A model generated the notes under the pieces. It worked only from the letters and a program-made list of their open reading frames with translations, was not told the DNA's origin and did not search any database. 64,000 bases of DNA from an uncultured delta proteobacterium (GTDB lineage: Bacteria > Myxococcota_A > Polyangia > Fen-1088), in NCBI GenBank assembly GCA_963796685.1, contig CAWCMR010000025.1:1632001-1696000 (forward strand), read 5' to 3'. Shown here piece by piece: positions 39,821 through 49,469 of the stretch (its first letter is position 1; the number at the start of each line of letters is the position of its first letter). The position numbers and the translations under genes were made by a program.

Positions 39821-42433
39821 ATGGCTCGTAAAGTCATCATTTTCATTTTAGCCATCGGGGCCGTCACCGGCGGGTACTTCCTGGGGCGAAAGAACTGGAA
39901 CCTGGGCGGCGGCAACGCCGTTGCCAAGTTCACTTGTCCCAATCCCGGCGCCGCGGTGGCGGGTGATGACGTCGAGCGCAAGTGCGTTCCCTTCGACGGC
40001 AAGGCCGAGGGCTCGAGCAAGGCGATGGTCACCATCGTCGAGTTCTCCGACTTTCAGTGCCCGTTCTGCAGCAGGGTCCTGCCCACCCTGGACAAGCTGC
40101 TCAAGGAATACCCGGACAAGGTTCGGATCTTCTTCAAGAACAACCCGCTGCCCTTCCATAGCGACGCACCGCTGGCAGCCCAGGCCGCCGTGGCCGCCGA
40201 GGACCAGGGCAAGTTCTGGCAGATGCACGACATCCTGTTCAAGAACCAGCAGAACCTCAAGCGCCCTGATCTCGAGAAGTACGCCAAGGAAATCGGCCTG
40301 GACGTCGAGAAATTCAAGAAGGACATCGATTCGCCCGCCACCAAGAAGCACGTCGCGGACGACATGGAGCTTGCCAAGAAGCTGGGCGTGCAGGGCACCC
40401 CGAACTTCTTCATCGATGGTCGCCCCATCCGCGGCGCCGTGCCCTACGAACAGTTCAAGTCGGCGGTGGATGACGAGCTCGCCCGTGGCAAGAAGCTGAT
40501 GGCCAAGGGCGTCGCGTCCGGCAAGGTGTTCGCCGCGCTCATGAAGGGCGAGGGCAAGGGCCTCGGCACCCCGACGCCGCCTGCGCCGCCACCGCACATT
40601 CCAATCGGTTCCGAAGTCTACAAGGTCGAACCCGGAGACGCGCCGCAGGTGGGCGGCAAGGAGCCCAAGGTTACCCTCATCGAGTTCTCGGACTTCCAGT
40701 GCCCCTACTGCTCTCGCGCCAAGGGCACGCTGGACGAGCTGCAGAAGATCTACAAGGACGACCTGCAGATCACTTTCCGGAACTTCCCGCTTCCCTTCCA
40801 CCAGAACGCCATGCCCGCGGCCATCGCCGCCAAGGCCGCCGAGGAGCAGGGCAAGTTCTGGCCGATGTATGACAAGCTGTTCGCCAACCAGCAGGCGCTT
40901 TCATCGGCGGATCTCGAGAAGTACGCCTCCGAGATCGGCCTGGACATGGCCAAGTACAAGGCTGCCATCGCGAACCCCAAGACCAAGGCCGCCGTAGAAG
41001 CCGACGCGAAGATGGGCAGCAACTTCGGCGTGGGAGGAACGCCTTCGTTCTTCATCAACGGCCACGCTTTCAGCGGTGCCTATCCTCTCGAAAGCTTCAA
41101 GATGGCCATCGACGACGAGATCAAGAAGGTCGATGCCAAGATCGCGTCCGGTACACCGCGCGCGGGTCTGTACGCCGCGCTCGTCAAGGACGGCCTTACC
41201 AAGGCCGAGCCCAAGAAGGAGCAGGCGCGCCCCGGCGAGCCGCAGGCCGGCGAGGTCTACAAGGCTGATATCAAGGGCGCGCCGATCAAGGGCGCCAAGG
41301 ACGCCCTCGTCACCATCGTGCAGTTCTCGGACTTCCAGTGCCCGTTCTGCTCGCGCGTCGAGCCCACCATCGACCAGGTCATGAAAGAGTACGCCGGCAA
41401 GGTCCGCGTGGCGTGGCGCAACCTGCCGCTTCCCTTCCACAACAACGCCAAGCCGGCCGCCATCGCGGCCATGGCCGCCAACGAGCAGGGCAAGTTCTGG
41501 CAGATGCACGACATCCTGTTCAAGAACCAGCAGGCCCTTTCCGCCGCCGATCTCGACAAGTACGCCAAGGAGATCGGCCTCAACATGACCAAGTTCAAGG
41601 CCGCCCTCGAAGACAAGAAGCTCGCGGAGCGGGTCGAAGCCGATGCGGCCATGGGGGCCAAGATCGGCGCGCGCGGCACGCCGGCTTTCTTCATCAACGG
41701 CACCTTCCTGTCGGGTGCTCAGCCGTTCGAGCAGTTCAAGGCTCGCATCGATGAGGAGCTCAAGAAGGCCGAAGCGCTGGCCAAGAAGGTTGGCGGCAAG
41801 GCGAAAGTCTATGACGCCCTCATGAAGACGGCCAAGGCCGAGGTCGGCGGTGCACCGGCGCCCTCGGCTGACAACGAGGCGGCCCCTGGTCCGGCCAAGA
41901 AGGTCGAAGTGGGCAATGCGCCGGTTCGCGGCCCCAAGAATGCACCCATCACCGTGGTGCTCTTCTCGGACTTCCAGTGCCCGTTCTGTAGCCGCGTCGA
42001 GCCCTCGATTGCCGAGCTACAGAAGCTGTACCCCGGCAAGGTGCGCGTGGCATGGAAGAACTACCCGCTTCCGTTCCACAACAACGCCAAGCCCGCGGCC
42101 GAGGCCGCCTTGGCCGCCAACGAGCAGGGCAAGTTCTGGGAGATGCACGACATCCTGTTCAAGAACCAGCAGGCCCTGACTGCCGACGACCTCGAGAAGT
42201 ACGCCAAGGAAATCGGTCTCGACATGACCAAGTTCAAGGCCGCCATCGACAGCCACAAGTTCGCGGCTCAGATCGAGGCGGACACGAAGCAGGGTTCGGC
42301 GCTGGGGGTGCAGGGAACCCCGGCGGCGTTCGTCAATGGACAGCTGGTCTCGGGCGCGCAGCCCGTCGATGCCTTCAAGAAGATCGTCGAGGCCGATCTC
42401 AAGGGCGGCAAAGCCAAGGCCAAGGCCAACTAG
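39821..42433 (+). CDS. Membrane-anchored/secreted protein with four tandem DsbA-like thioredoxin domains
   Basis: Four FSDFQCP(F/Y)C motifs, each followed by LPFH, GKFW and GTP; N-terminal hydrophobic segment; RBS AAGGAG. Confidence 0.92.
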   Translation: MARKVIIFILAIGAVTGGYFLGRKNWNLGGGNAVAKFTCPNPGAAVAGDDVERKCVPFDGKAEGSSKAMVTIVEFSDFQCPFCSRVLPTLDKLLKEYPDKVRIFFKNNPLPFHSDAPLAAQAAVAAEDQGKFWQMHDILFKNQQNLKRPDLEKYAKEIGLDVEKFKKDIDSPATKKHVADDMELAKKLGVQGTPNFFIDGRPIRGAVPYEQFKSAVDDELARGKKLMAKGVASGKVFAALMKGEGKGLGTPTPPAPPPHIPIGSEVYKVEPGDAPQVGGKEPKVTLIEFSDFQCPYCSRAKGTLDELQKIYKDDLQITFRNFPLPFHQNAMPAAIAAKAAEEQGKFWPMYDKLFANQQALSSADLEKYASEIGLDMAKYKAAIANPKTKAAVEADAKMGSNFGVGGTPSFFINGHAFSGAYPLESFKMAIDDEIKKVDAKIASGTPRAGLYAALVKDGLTKAEPKKEQARPGEPQAGEVYKADIKGAPIKGAKDALVTIVQFSDFQCPFCSRVEPTIDQVMKEYAGKVRVAWRNLPLPFHNNAKPAAIAAMAANEQGKFWQMHDILFKNQQALSAADLDKYAKEIGLNMTKFKAALEDKKLAERVEADAAMGAKIGARGTPAFFINGTFLSGAQPFEQFKARIDEELKKAEALAKKVGGKAKVYDALMKTAKAEVGGAPAPSADNEAAPGPAKKVEVGNAPVRGPKNAPITVVLFSDFQCPFCSRVEPSIAELQKLYPGKVRVAWKNYPLPFHNNAKPAAEAALAANEQGKFWEMHDILFKNQQALTADDLEKYAKEIGLDMTKFKAAIDSHKFAAQIEADTKQGSALGVQGTPAAFVNGQLVSGAQPVDAFKKIVEADLKGGKAKAKAN

Positions 42434-42505
42434 CGCAAGAGCACCGTCGGGCGTGCCTGACGGTGCTGATCGCGCGATTGGGAGGCGCAGGCCATCGATC
42501 CGAAA

Positions 42506-43084
42506 TTGGCGCAAATCAAGAAGCAGCGAACGCGAAGGTTGCTGGCGGCGTGCATGGCCGCTGCCGTGACCGTCGCCGCGGGTGCGCTGCTCATCGAGGG
42601 TGCGGCCTCGACGGTGAAATCCGCCGAGGAGGTTGCTTGTGCCGCACTTCGCCCTGATCCGCTTTCGGCCAAGCTGCGTGCGTTGGTGCCGGACTTTCAA
42701 CTGCCCGATCTCACCGGTAGGAAGGTGTCGCTGCGTAGCTTGCTCGGCCGGCCGGTACTGGTCAGCTTCTTCGCCACGTGGTGCCCGCCTTGTGTCGCGG
42801 AAGCGCCGACGCTCGAAATCCTGGCCGGGCGCCTCGGCGACAAGGGCACCGTGGCCGTCGTCAGCGTGGACGAGGATCTGGAGGCGCTCAAGAAGTTCTA
42901 CGCCAAGGGATCGCAGACCCTCGTGCTTCGCGACGAGAGCCGCGGGGTCCCGTCGAGCTTCGGCACCACCCAGTTTCCCGAGTCGTTCCTCCTCGATGCC
43001 AGGGGCAAGGTCCGCTACGCCTTTCTCAACCGGCGCGACTGGTCGCTGCCCGAAGCCGTCGCTTGCGTCGAAGGCTTGCGGTAA
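42506..43084 (+). CDS. TlpA/ResA-family thiol:disulfide oxidoreductase
   Basis: PDFQLPDL, FFATWCPPC, FPESFLLD. Confidence 0.85.
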   Translation: MAQIKKQRTRRLLAACMAAAVTVAAGALLIEGAASTVKSAEEVACAALRPDPLSAKLRALVPDFQLPDLTGRKVSLRSLLGRPVLVSFFATWCPPCVAEAPTLEILAGRLGDKGTVAVVSVDEDLEALKKFYAKGSQTLVLRDESRGVPSSFGTTQFPESFLLDARGKVRYAFLNRRDWSLPEAVACVEGLR

Positions 43085-43235
43085 GGGCGTCGGAAGCCCA
43101 CGACCGACGGCGCACTGTCACGCACGACGAGACGACTGCCGTGGTCGCGCAACGCGACCGCCCTCACTACGAGAGCGCCCGGTGCCCTGACGCCTGTTGA
43201 CTGGCGGCGCTCCTCGCACGTAGGTTCTTGCTGAA

Positions 43236-45614
43236 ATGTCCTTCTCAAACGTCGTGCTTTCCATCACACCGGCGCGCGGCAGCGCGCGCCGGGTAGGTCC
43301 GTGGCTGCTCGGTGCTTTGGTCTTGCTCGTGGCGAGTATCTTCGCCCCGTCGGCCATGGCGCAGCCGGAAGATCTGTTGGTCGGCCGCCGCCCCGTGCAC
43401 AGCGAAGGGGTAAAGAATGCCGTCCGCCTCACCGATGGCCTCCTGAGCAACGAGGGAGACGAGTGGTTGACCGACGTGACCTCGCGCTTCTCGTCGGCGC
43501 GATCCTTCGTCGAGTACGACCTGGGCCAGCCGCGATCGTTGCGCTGCGTGATGGTCCAGGCGGACAACAACGATGTCTATTTCATGGCCGGCTCGCTCGA
43601 CGGGCACGAATGGCAGCAACTTTGGCGGGTGGGCGCGGAATCCGGCGCGGGCATGCGCGTGCGCGCCACCAAGCTCGACACCACGGCTCGCTACCTTCGC
43701 CTGTCGGCCACCGGCGGCGACGCGCTCTACAGCGTGGCCGAGATCGCGGTCTACTCGGAATGCCCCGTGCCCTGGCCGGCGGACTTGCCCCGCGCGCACG
43801 GCATTCCGGTGGACGACGCCCTCAACGTCAAGGTGCTCGCGTTCGGAATCCTGGCCGGCCTCTTCGTGCTGGTTCATCGTCGCAAGGGGCCGAAGCTGCA
43901 ATACGTGCTGGTCATGCCGGTGCTCGGGGCGCTATGGATGCTCACCTCGGATCTGGTCGACCTGTATCCCTTCTTCAACCAGGAGCCGCCCTTGCGCGCG
44001 CTGGTGGCCGGGCTGGCAGCCTTGGTGGTGATCAAAGAGGCGTTCCTGTCGAAACGCTGGGAGCCCCATCGCGCGGTGTCCTTGGCGACGCTAGCGTTTT
44101 GCGCCATCACCGCCTTCGGCACCTACTACCACTTCGGCATGCCGCAGTTCTTCGACCAGGCCAAGGGACGCCGAACCTTCGTGCACACCTGGGACATGCG
44201 CCACTACTATCCGGTCGCGAAGTACTTTCCCGAGCTGCGCTTCGACGGGCTCTACCTGGCCAGCCTGGCCGCCTACATCGACAACACGCCGGGTTTCACG
44301 AAGGAGCAACTCGCCCACGTGCGCTTGCGCGATTTGCGCACCGCCGAGATCGTTACCGGCACCGAGGCGGAGGCCGAGCTTCCCGCGATCCGCGCGCGTT
44401 TCACGCCCGAGCGCTGGGAAGAGTTCAAGCGCGACATGAAGTACTTCTCGGACACCATGGGCGGCGCCGACTACCTGGGCAGCATGCAGGACCACGGCGG
44501 CAACGCCACGCCGGTGTGGATCCTGCCGGCGTACTTCATGTTCAACGCCGCACCGGCCAGCGAGCTCGTCATCTCGCTGGCTGGTCTCATCGATCCCATC
44601 CTGGTGCTCTTCCTGTTCTGGATGCTGTATCGCACGTTCGGGCTGCGCATCATGCTCTACGTGGTGGTCATCTGGGGGGCCACCGATTTCTACAACTTCG
44701 GCTCGAACCTGATGGGCTCGACCCTGCGCCAGGATTGGTTGGTGGCGCTGGGGTTGGGGGCGTGCGCGCTCAAACGGGGCCGCTATGCCCTGGGCGGCGT
44801 GCTCATCGCCTATGGCGGGTTGATTCGCGCCTTCCCGGCCATGGCCACCTTCTTTTTCCTGGTGCCCATGGGGTGGTTCGCCTTCGATTCTTGGTGGTCG
44901 AGGCGAAGGCTGCCGACCCGCGCCGAGTGGCGAGCGGGTCAGCGCCCGGCCCTACGCGCGTTCACCGCCGCCGCCATCTGCGTGGTCGTGTTGGTCGCCG
45001 CCACCAGCGCGCTCTTCGGCTTCCGTGGCTCGTGGATCGCGTGGAAGGACAAAATCGAGATTCACGCCACCGGTCCCAGCACCAACAACGTGGGGCTGCG
45101 CAACGTGTTGGCCTTCGACCCCAATTTTTCGGCCAAGTCTCTGGCCGAGCATCACCGGGCCGGGATGTGGGGCGACTGGGGCTACGCGCAGAAGATGACC
45201 TTTGCGGCGCGGCGGCCACTGTTCTACGCCATCCTCCTGCTGGCCACGGCCCTGGCCCTGCTCGCTTGCCGCGGGCGCACCCTCGAGGAAGTTTCGCTCA
45301 TCGGCCTCCTGCTGATCCCGTTCTACTTCTATCCATCGAACTACTACTGCCACTTCGTGTTCCTGTTACCCTTGGCCGTGGTGCGCCCGAGTCTGGACCG
45401 CGACAAGACCTTCGCCATCGTGTTTCTCGTGCTCGCGGGCATGTGTATCGGGCAGTACTTCACCCTGGCCGAGGGCTGGACCGATCTCCGCTACACCTAC
45501 CAGAGCTTCCTGCTCCTCATCGGGTTCGGTATCATCCTGGCATACCTCGCCTGGGAATCCCTGAAGCTGGCGCCCTTCACCAAGCGTGGCGAAGTCGCAG
45601 CCGACGGCGGGTAG
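43236..45614 (+). CDS. Polytopic membrane protein with discoidin-like N-domain (GT-C-like)
   Basis: LTDG...YDLG...ARYLRL...VAEIAVY domain followed by many TM segments. Confidence 0.7.
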   Translation: MSFSNVVLSITPARGSARRVGPWLLGALVLLVASIFAPSAMAQPEDLLVGRRPVHSEGVKNAVRLTDGLLSNEGDEWLTDVTSRFSSARSFVEYDLGQPRSLRCVMVQADNNDVYFMAGSLDGHEWQQLWRVGAESGAGMRVRATKLDTTARYLRLSATGGDALYSVAEIAVYSECPVPWPADLPRAHGIPVDDALNVKVLAFGILAGLFVLVHRRKGPKLQYVLVMPVLGALWMLTSDLVDLYPFFNQEPPLRALVAGLAALVVIKEAFLSKRWEPHRAVSLATLAFCAITAFGTYYHFGMPQFFDQAKGRRTFVHTWDMRHYYPVAKYFPELRFDGLYLASLAAYIDNTPGFTKEQLAHVRLRDLRTAEIVTGTEAEAELPAIRARFTPERWEEFKRDMKYFSDTMGGADYLGSMQDHGGNATPVWILPAYFMFNAAPASELVISLAGLIDPILVLFLFWMLYRTFGLRIMLYVVVIWGATDFYNFGSNLMGSTLRQDWLVALGLGACALKRGRYALGGVLIAYGGLIRAFPAMATFFFLVPMGWFAFDSWWSRRRLPTRAEWRAGQRPALRAFTAAAICVVVLVAATSALFGFRGSWIAWKDKIEIHATGPSTNNVGLRNVLAFDPNFSAKSLAEHHRAGMWGDWGYAQKMTFAARRPLFYAILLLATALALLACRGRTLEEVSLIGLLLIPFYFYPSNYYCHFVFLLPLAVVRPSLDRDKTFAIVFLVLAGMCIGQYFTLAEGWTDLRYTYQSFLLLIGFGIILAYLAWESLKLAPFTKRGEVAADGG

Positions 45615-45639
45615 GGGCGGGTTTCAAACCCGCCCCTAC
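45611..45639. repeat. GTAG-family REP palindrome
   Basis: GTAGGGGCGGGTTT-C-AAACCCGCCCCTAC perfect 14-bp arms. Confidence 0.85.
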
Positions 45640-46730
45640 GGTTTCTCGAGATCGGCCAGGATCTGCTTGATGGTCATGGCTGCCGGTTTACCGCGCGGGG
45701 TGTAACTGGTGGTTCCCGGTCCCCCGTAGCCGTACCAGTTCCAGATGTATAGGCCGTCCAGTCGCGTCCGGGCCGCGAGCGGCTCGGTCCACGCCAGGCG
45801 GAAGGCCTCGAAGCCGCGTTGTTGTTCGCCGAGATCGGGGGTTCCCCCCGAGGATTCGTCCCAGGGCGAGGCCGTGGCGCCCGCGCGCGAACGGTAGCCG
45901 ACCTCGGTGAAGAGGAAGGGCTTGTCGTACTTTGCCAGGTCGGATTCGATGGTGCGGCCGATACGCCGCCAGCTCGCGGCCAAGGCTTGCACGTCGGACG
46001 GCGCGGAGGGTTCGCGCAGGTTGAAGTATGCGGTAATGCCGATCTCGTCGACCAAGTCGAACAGCCGGGCGTCGCGGTAGTGATCCCAGTTGGCCGAGTA
46101 GACGAGGGTGCCCGTAAAGACGGCGCGAACGAAGGTGATGAGCTTGCCCCAACGGTCGAGATCGCCGTCGAGCGAGGACAGCTCGCTACCGATGACCAGC
46201 CGGGTGGCGCCGGTCAAGGTCGCCAGCGAGGCCAGATCGCCGACCATTTGTCCGTAGCTTGCAAACCAGGCGTCGGGATCGGCCGGGTGCAGGGTGCCGC
46301 GCCACTCGTCGGACGAGCGCGGAGCAGACAGCCGGACAATCGGGAACAGCGTGACCTCCAGGCCAGCGCGACGTGCGTCGCGAATGGCGTCGGCGACGGC
46401 CTCCAGGGTCGGCGAATACCGGGTGTGAAGGTAGAGTCGGTTGGAGGCAGCGTCGGTCTGATAGAGCGGGACTACCAGCGCGACGTGGCTCGCGCCGAGC
46501 GCGGCAATTTCCTCGAGCAACGGCGCGTACGAAAAACTCACGTCCTCGGCAAACAGCCCGAGCGCCACGCCTCGCTGCACGGGATCGCGGTTCACGCGGC
46601 GGCGCGACGGCAGCGGCGGCGCAGACGATTGCGGCGAGGCGGTGGGTTGCTCCGGCAGGGACGAGGCATGCGCGGCCAAAATGCCCACGGTCGCGAACAC
46701 GAGGAGCCCGATGGCAAGGCGGCGATACAT
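45636..46730 (-). CDS. Secreted glycoside hydrolase (GH113-like TIM barrel)
   Basis: Signal peptide, WRG, IGSEL, YSANWD, AYF, FTEVGYRS. Confidence 0.75.
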   Translation of the reverse strand: MYRRLAIGLLVFATVGILAAHASSLPEQPTASPQSSAPPLPSRRRVNRDPVQRGVALGLFAEDVSFSYAPLLEEIAALGASHVALVVPLYQTDAASNRLYLHTRYSPTLEAVADAIRDARRAGLEVTLFPIVRLSAPRSSDEWRGTLHPADPDAWFASYGQMVGDLASLATLTGATRLVIGSELSSLDGDLDRWGKLITFVRAVFTGTLVYSANWDHYRDARLFDLVDEIGITAYFNLREPSAPSDVQALAASWRRIGRTIESDLAKYDKPFLFTEVGYRSRAGATASPWDESSGGTPDLGEQQRGFEAFRLAWTEPLAARTRLDGLYIWNWYGYGGPGTTSYTPRGKPAAMTIKQILADLEKP

Positions 46731-46948
46731 CGAAGGAAGTTAACCATAGGGAACACAGGGAGCCCAGAGGTCCCGGACGAATCGGACGACCCCAAGCCCG
46801 CGATAGCCGCAGAAGGTCTTGGTCGTGGCCGTGACCGTGGCCGGTTGCAATTACCGTCGGCCATGGCCACGGCCACGGTAAGCCGTCTACGTCCACGACC
46901 ACCGTCATGGCTTCGATTGCGTGCGTACGTCCTTCGTGGAAAGGTGTA

Positions 46949-48242
46949 TCACTCGCCGAGCGCACGGGACAGGCGGATTCGGGCCAGGGCGTACTCGTAG
47001 CGGGCGCGCGCGAAGTTGAGACGGGCCTGGGTCAGGGCCGACTGCGCGTCGAGCAGATCGGTCGTGTTGGCGCTGCCGGCTGCGAGGAGGACGGTGGTCA
47101 CGCGGTAGGCCTCCTCGGCGCTGCCGATGGTGGTGCGGCCCGTTTCGAGGGCGCTGGCCGTGGCGCGTACGTTGGCAAGCTTGGCCGCCACGTCGGTCTC
47201 GATCCTACGACGGGCGTCATCGGCCTGCGCTTGGGCTGCCACGGCGTGCGATTCGGCGGCGCGGTGCTGGAACCAGCGCGCGCCCCAGTCCCAGATTTGC
47301 CAGGCCGCCTTGAGGCCGATGAAGGCCGAGTCCGTCTTCACGAACGCTTGTCCTGTCATGTGCATGTAGCCCGCTTCCAGATCGACATCGGGAAGCAGAT
47401 CGTAGGTGCGCGCACGCGACGTGGTGCTTGCCGCCTTCGCGGCAAGAGCAGCGCTGTGAATCTCGCTGCGGTCGCGCAGGGCCTTGGCCACGAGAGGCGC
47501 CAGATCGGTTTCGACGGTTGCCGCGCTTTCCGGTGTCGCGGGCTCGACGAAATCCACGCTTCGATCGTCGGAGTCGTGGCCGATGGCCACGAGCAGGCTG
47601 GCGCGCGACACTTGCTCCGCCGCGCTCGCCTGGATCTCCTGTTGCTTGGCATTGGCGGCAGCCACGTTCAGGCGCAGCACGTCCGCCGGGGTGAGCACCC
47701 CGGCCGAGAGTTTCTCCTTGGCGACGGCGATCTGTTCGGCCAGCTCGATCCTGCGATGCATGCGCTACGCCGGCCAGGGTGCGCGCCTCGAACATGCGTA
47801 AGTATTCCGCGCGGACCTCGTCGCGCAGATTGGCCTCGACGGTCTTCGCATCGAAGGTTGCAGCCTCGGCCGCCGTGGAAAGTGCGCTGTGATCGGAGGA
47901 CAGATGCAAGAGCCCGAGCAAGGGTTGCCCGGCCGCGACGACGAAGGCATTGGTGGAGGCATCGCGGGCGCTGAGTGCTGGATAGTCGGGTGGAATGGGA
48001 AAGGTAACCTTGAACGGCGAATCCCAGCGCTGATACTCATCCGACACATTCACCGACGGTAGCAGTCTCCCGCGCAGGCTCTTGGCCTGTTCCTCGTCGC
48101 CGCGGGCACGCGCACGCGCGGCCTCGAGCGCGGGGCTGGAGGCGACCGCCATTTGCACGACCTCCTCCATGGTCAGCCGCTGCGACGCCGGCGCATCCGC
48201 GGCGTCGAGCGCGAGCAAAGCCAGCAGCGCGATGGCATGCAT
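46949..48242 (-). pseudogene. TolC-family outer-membrane efflux protein, frameshifted near 47750 (or sequencing indel)
   Basis: N-half to AHASQ in one frame; IELAEQ...YRV...G...DLLDAQ in the other. Confidence 0.85.
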
Positions 48243-48245
48243 GGT

Positions 48246-49466
48246 CTAGTTCTCCTTGCTCACGTAGACCGTGACGTCGGTGGAAAGGCCGGCCTGCAGC
48301 GGTAGATCCGGACGCTTGCTCCAGGCGATGCGGACCGGAACGCGCTGCACGACCTTGACGAAGTTGCCCGAGGCATTGTCGGGTGGCAGCAGGGAGAAGC
48401 GCGCGCCCGTGCCGCCCGAAAGGCTCTCGACCTTGGCTTCGAGCTCGACGCCCGGGAAGGCGTCGATGCGCACCTTCGCCCGCTGCCCCGGCCGCATGCG
48501 TCCCACCTGGGTCTCCTTGAAATTCGCCACCACGTAGGTTCGGTCGGGCACCAATTCGGCCAGCGGCTGGCCAATCTGGATCATCTGGCCCGGCTGGACC
48601 GTGAGCCTTGTGACCAGTCCGTCTTCACTGGCCGTCACCTTGGTGTAGCTGAGTTGTAGGCGAGCGAGCTCCAGGGTCGCCTCGGCGACCTTGATACGGG
48701 CGTGGGCCAGATTGGCGTTGGCCGTGGCCGCGGCGATTTGGGACGCTATCGGCGTACTTTGGTCGAGCCGGCCGCGCGCTTCGCCCACCCGCGTGCCGGC
48801 AAGACGCCGCATCTCGTTCGCGGCGGCGACCTGCGCCTCGGCCTGGGCCAGCGCGGCCTGCGAGGCATCGTAGGCCACCTGGGCGTTGTCCAGGCGCTCG
48901 CGCGGCAGGGCATTGCCGAGGACAAGTTGCTTGGTTCGTTGTAGATCCAGCTCGCCCTTGCGGGCCTCTGCCTTGGCCCGTTCCAGGGCGGCACGCGAAG
49001 CCGCCAATTGGGCCTCGGCGTTGGCCACGCCGAGCGACGATCCCGAGTAGTTGGCGCGCGCGTACTGCAGCCCGCCCTTGGCGCTGGCCTCGACCACGTG
49101 CACCTGGGCGTCGGCTGCCTCGGCCTGCGCGCGGGCGGTGTCGAGCTCGGCCTCGGCCTGCTTCACGCGCGCGGCGAAGTCCGCATCGTCGATCTGGATG
49201 AGCACGTCGCCCTTCTTTACCCGCTGGTTGTCCTCGACCAGGCGCTTGGCGATCTGGCCGTTCACGCGCGCGGCAATGGGCACCACGTCGGCCTCGACCT
49301 GGGCATCGTCGGTGGCTTCCTGATTCGCCGTCAGCAGCAGGTAGACGCCGGTGATCGCGGCCAACACAATCACCGCAGCACCCAGAATGAGAAACGGTTT
49401 CTTGCCTCGCCTAGGCGCGCTGGGCACGATTTCCGGTTTGAGCGTCGGGGCTGTATTCGATTCCAT
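48246..49466 (-). CDS. emrA: HlyD/EmrA-family membrane fusion protein
   Basis: TDDAQV, ANFKETQ, FSLLPPDNASGNFVKVVQRVPVRI. Confidence 0.9.
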   Translation of the reverse strand: MESNTAPTLKPEIVPSAPRRGKKPFLILGAAVIVLAAITGVYLLLTANQEATDDAQVEADVVPIAARVNGQIAKRLVEDNQRVKKGDVLIQIDDADFAARVKQAEAELDTARAQAEAADAQVHVVEASAKGGLQYARANYSGSSLGVANAEAQLAASRAALERAKAEARKGELDLQRTKQLVLGNALPRERLDNAQVAYDASQAALAQAEAQVAAANEMRRLAGTRVGEARGRLDQSTPIASQIAAATANANLAHARIKVAEATLELARLQLSYTKVTASEDGLVTRLTVQPGQMIQIGQPLAELVPDRTYVVANFKETQVGRMRPGQRAKVRIDAFPGVELEAKVESLSGGTGARFSLLPPDNASGNFVKVVQRVPVRIAWSKRPDLPLQAGLSTDVTVYVSKEN

Positions 49467-49469
49467 GAG

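Noticed and set aside
46824-46902. Hexamer (GTGGCC/GGCCAC) inverted repeat between tolC and the glycoside hydrolase
   Set aside because: Degenerate, with unclear boundaries; probably a decayed intergenic repeat
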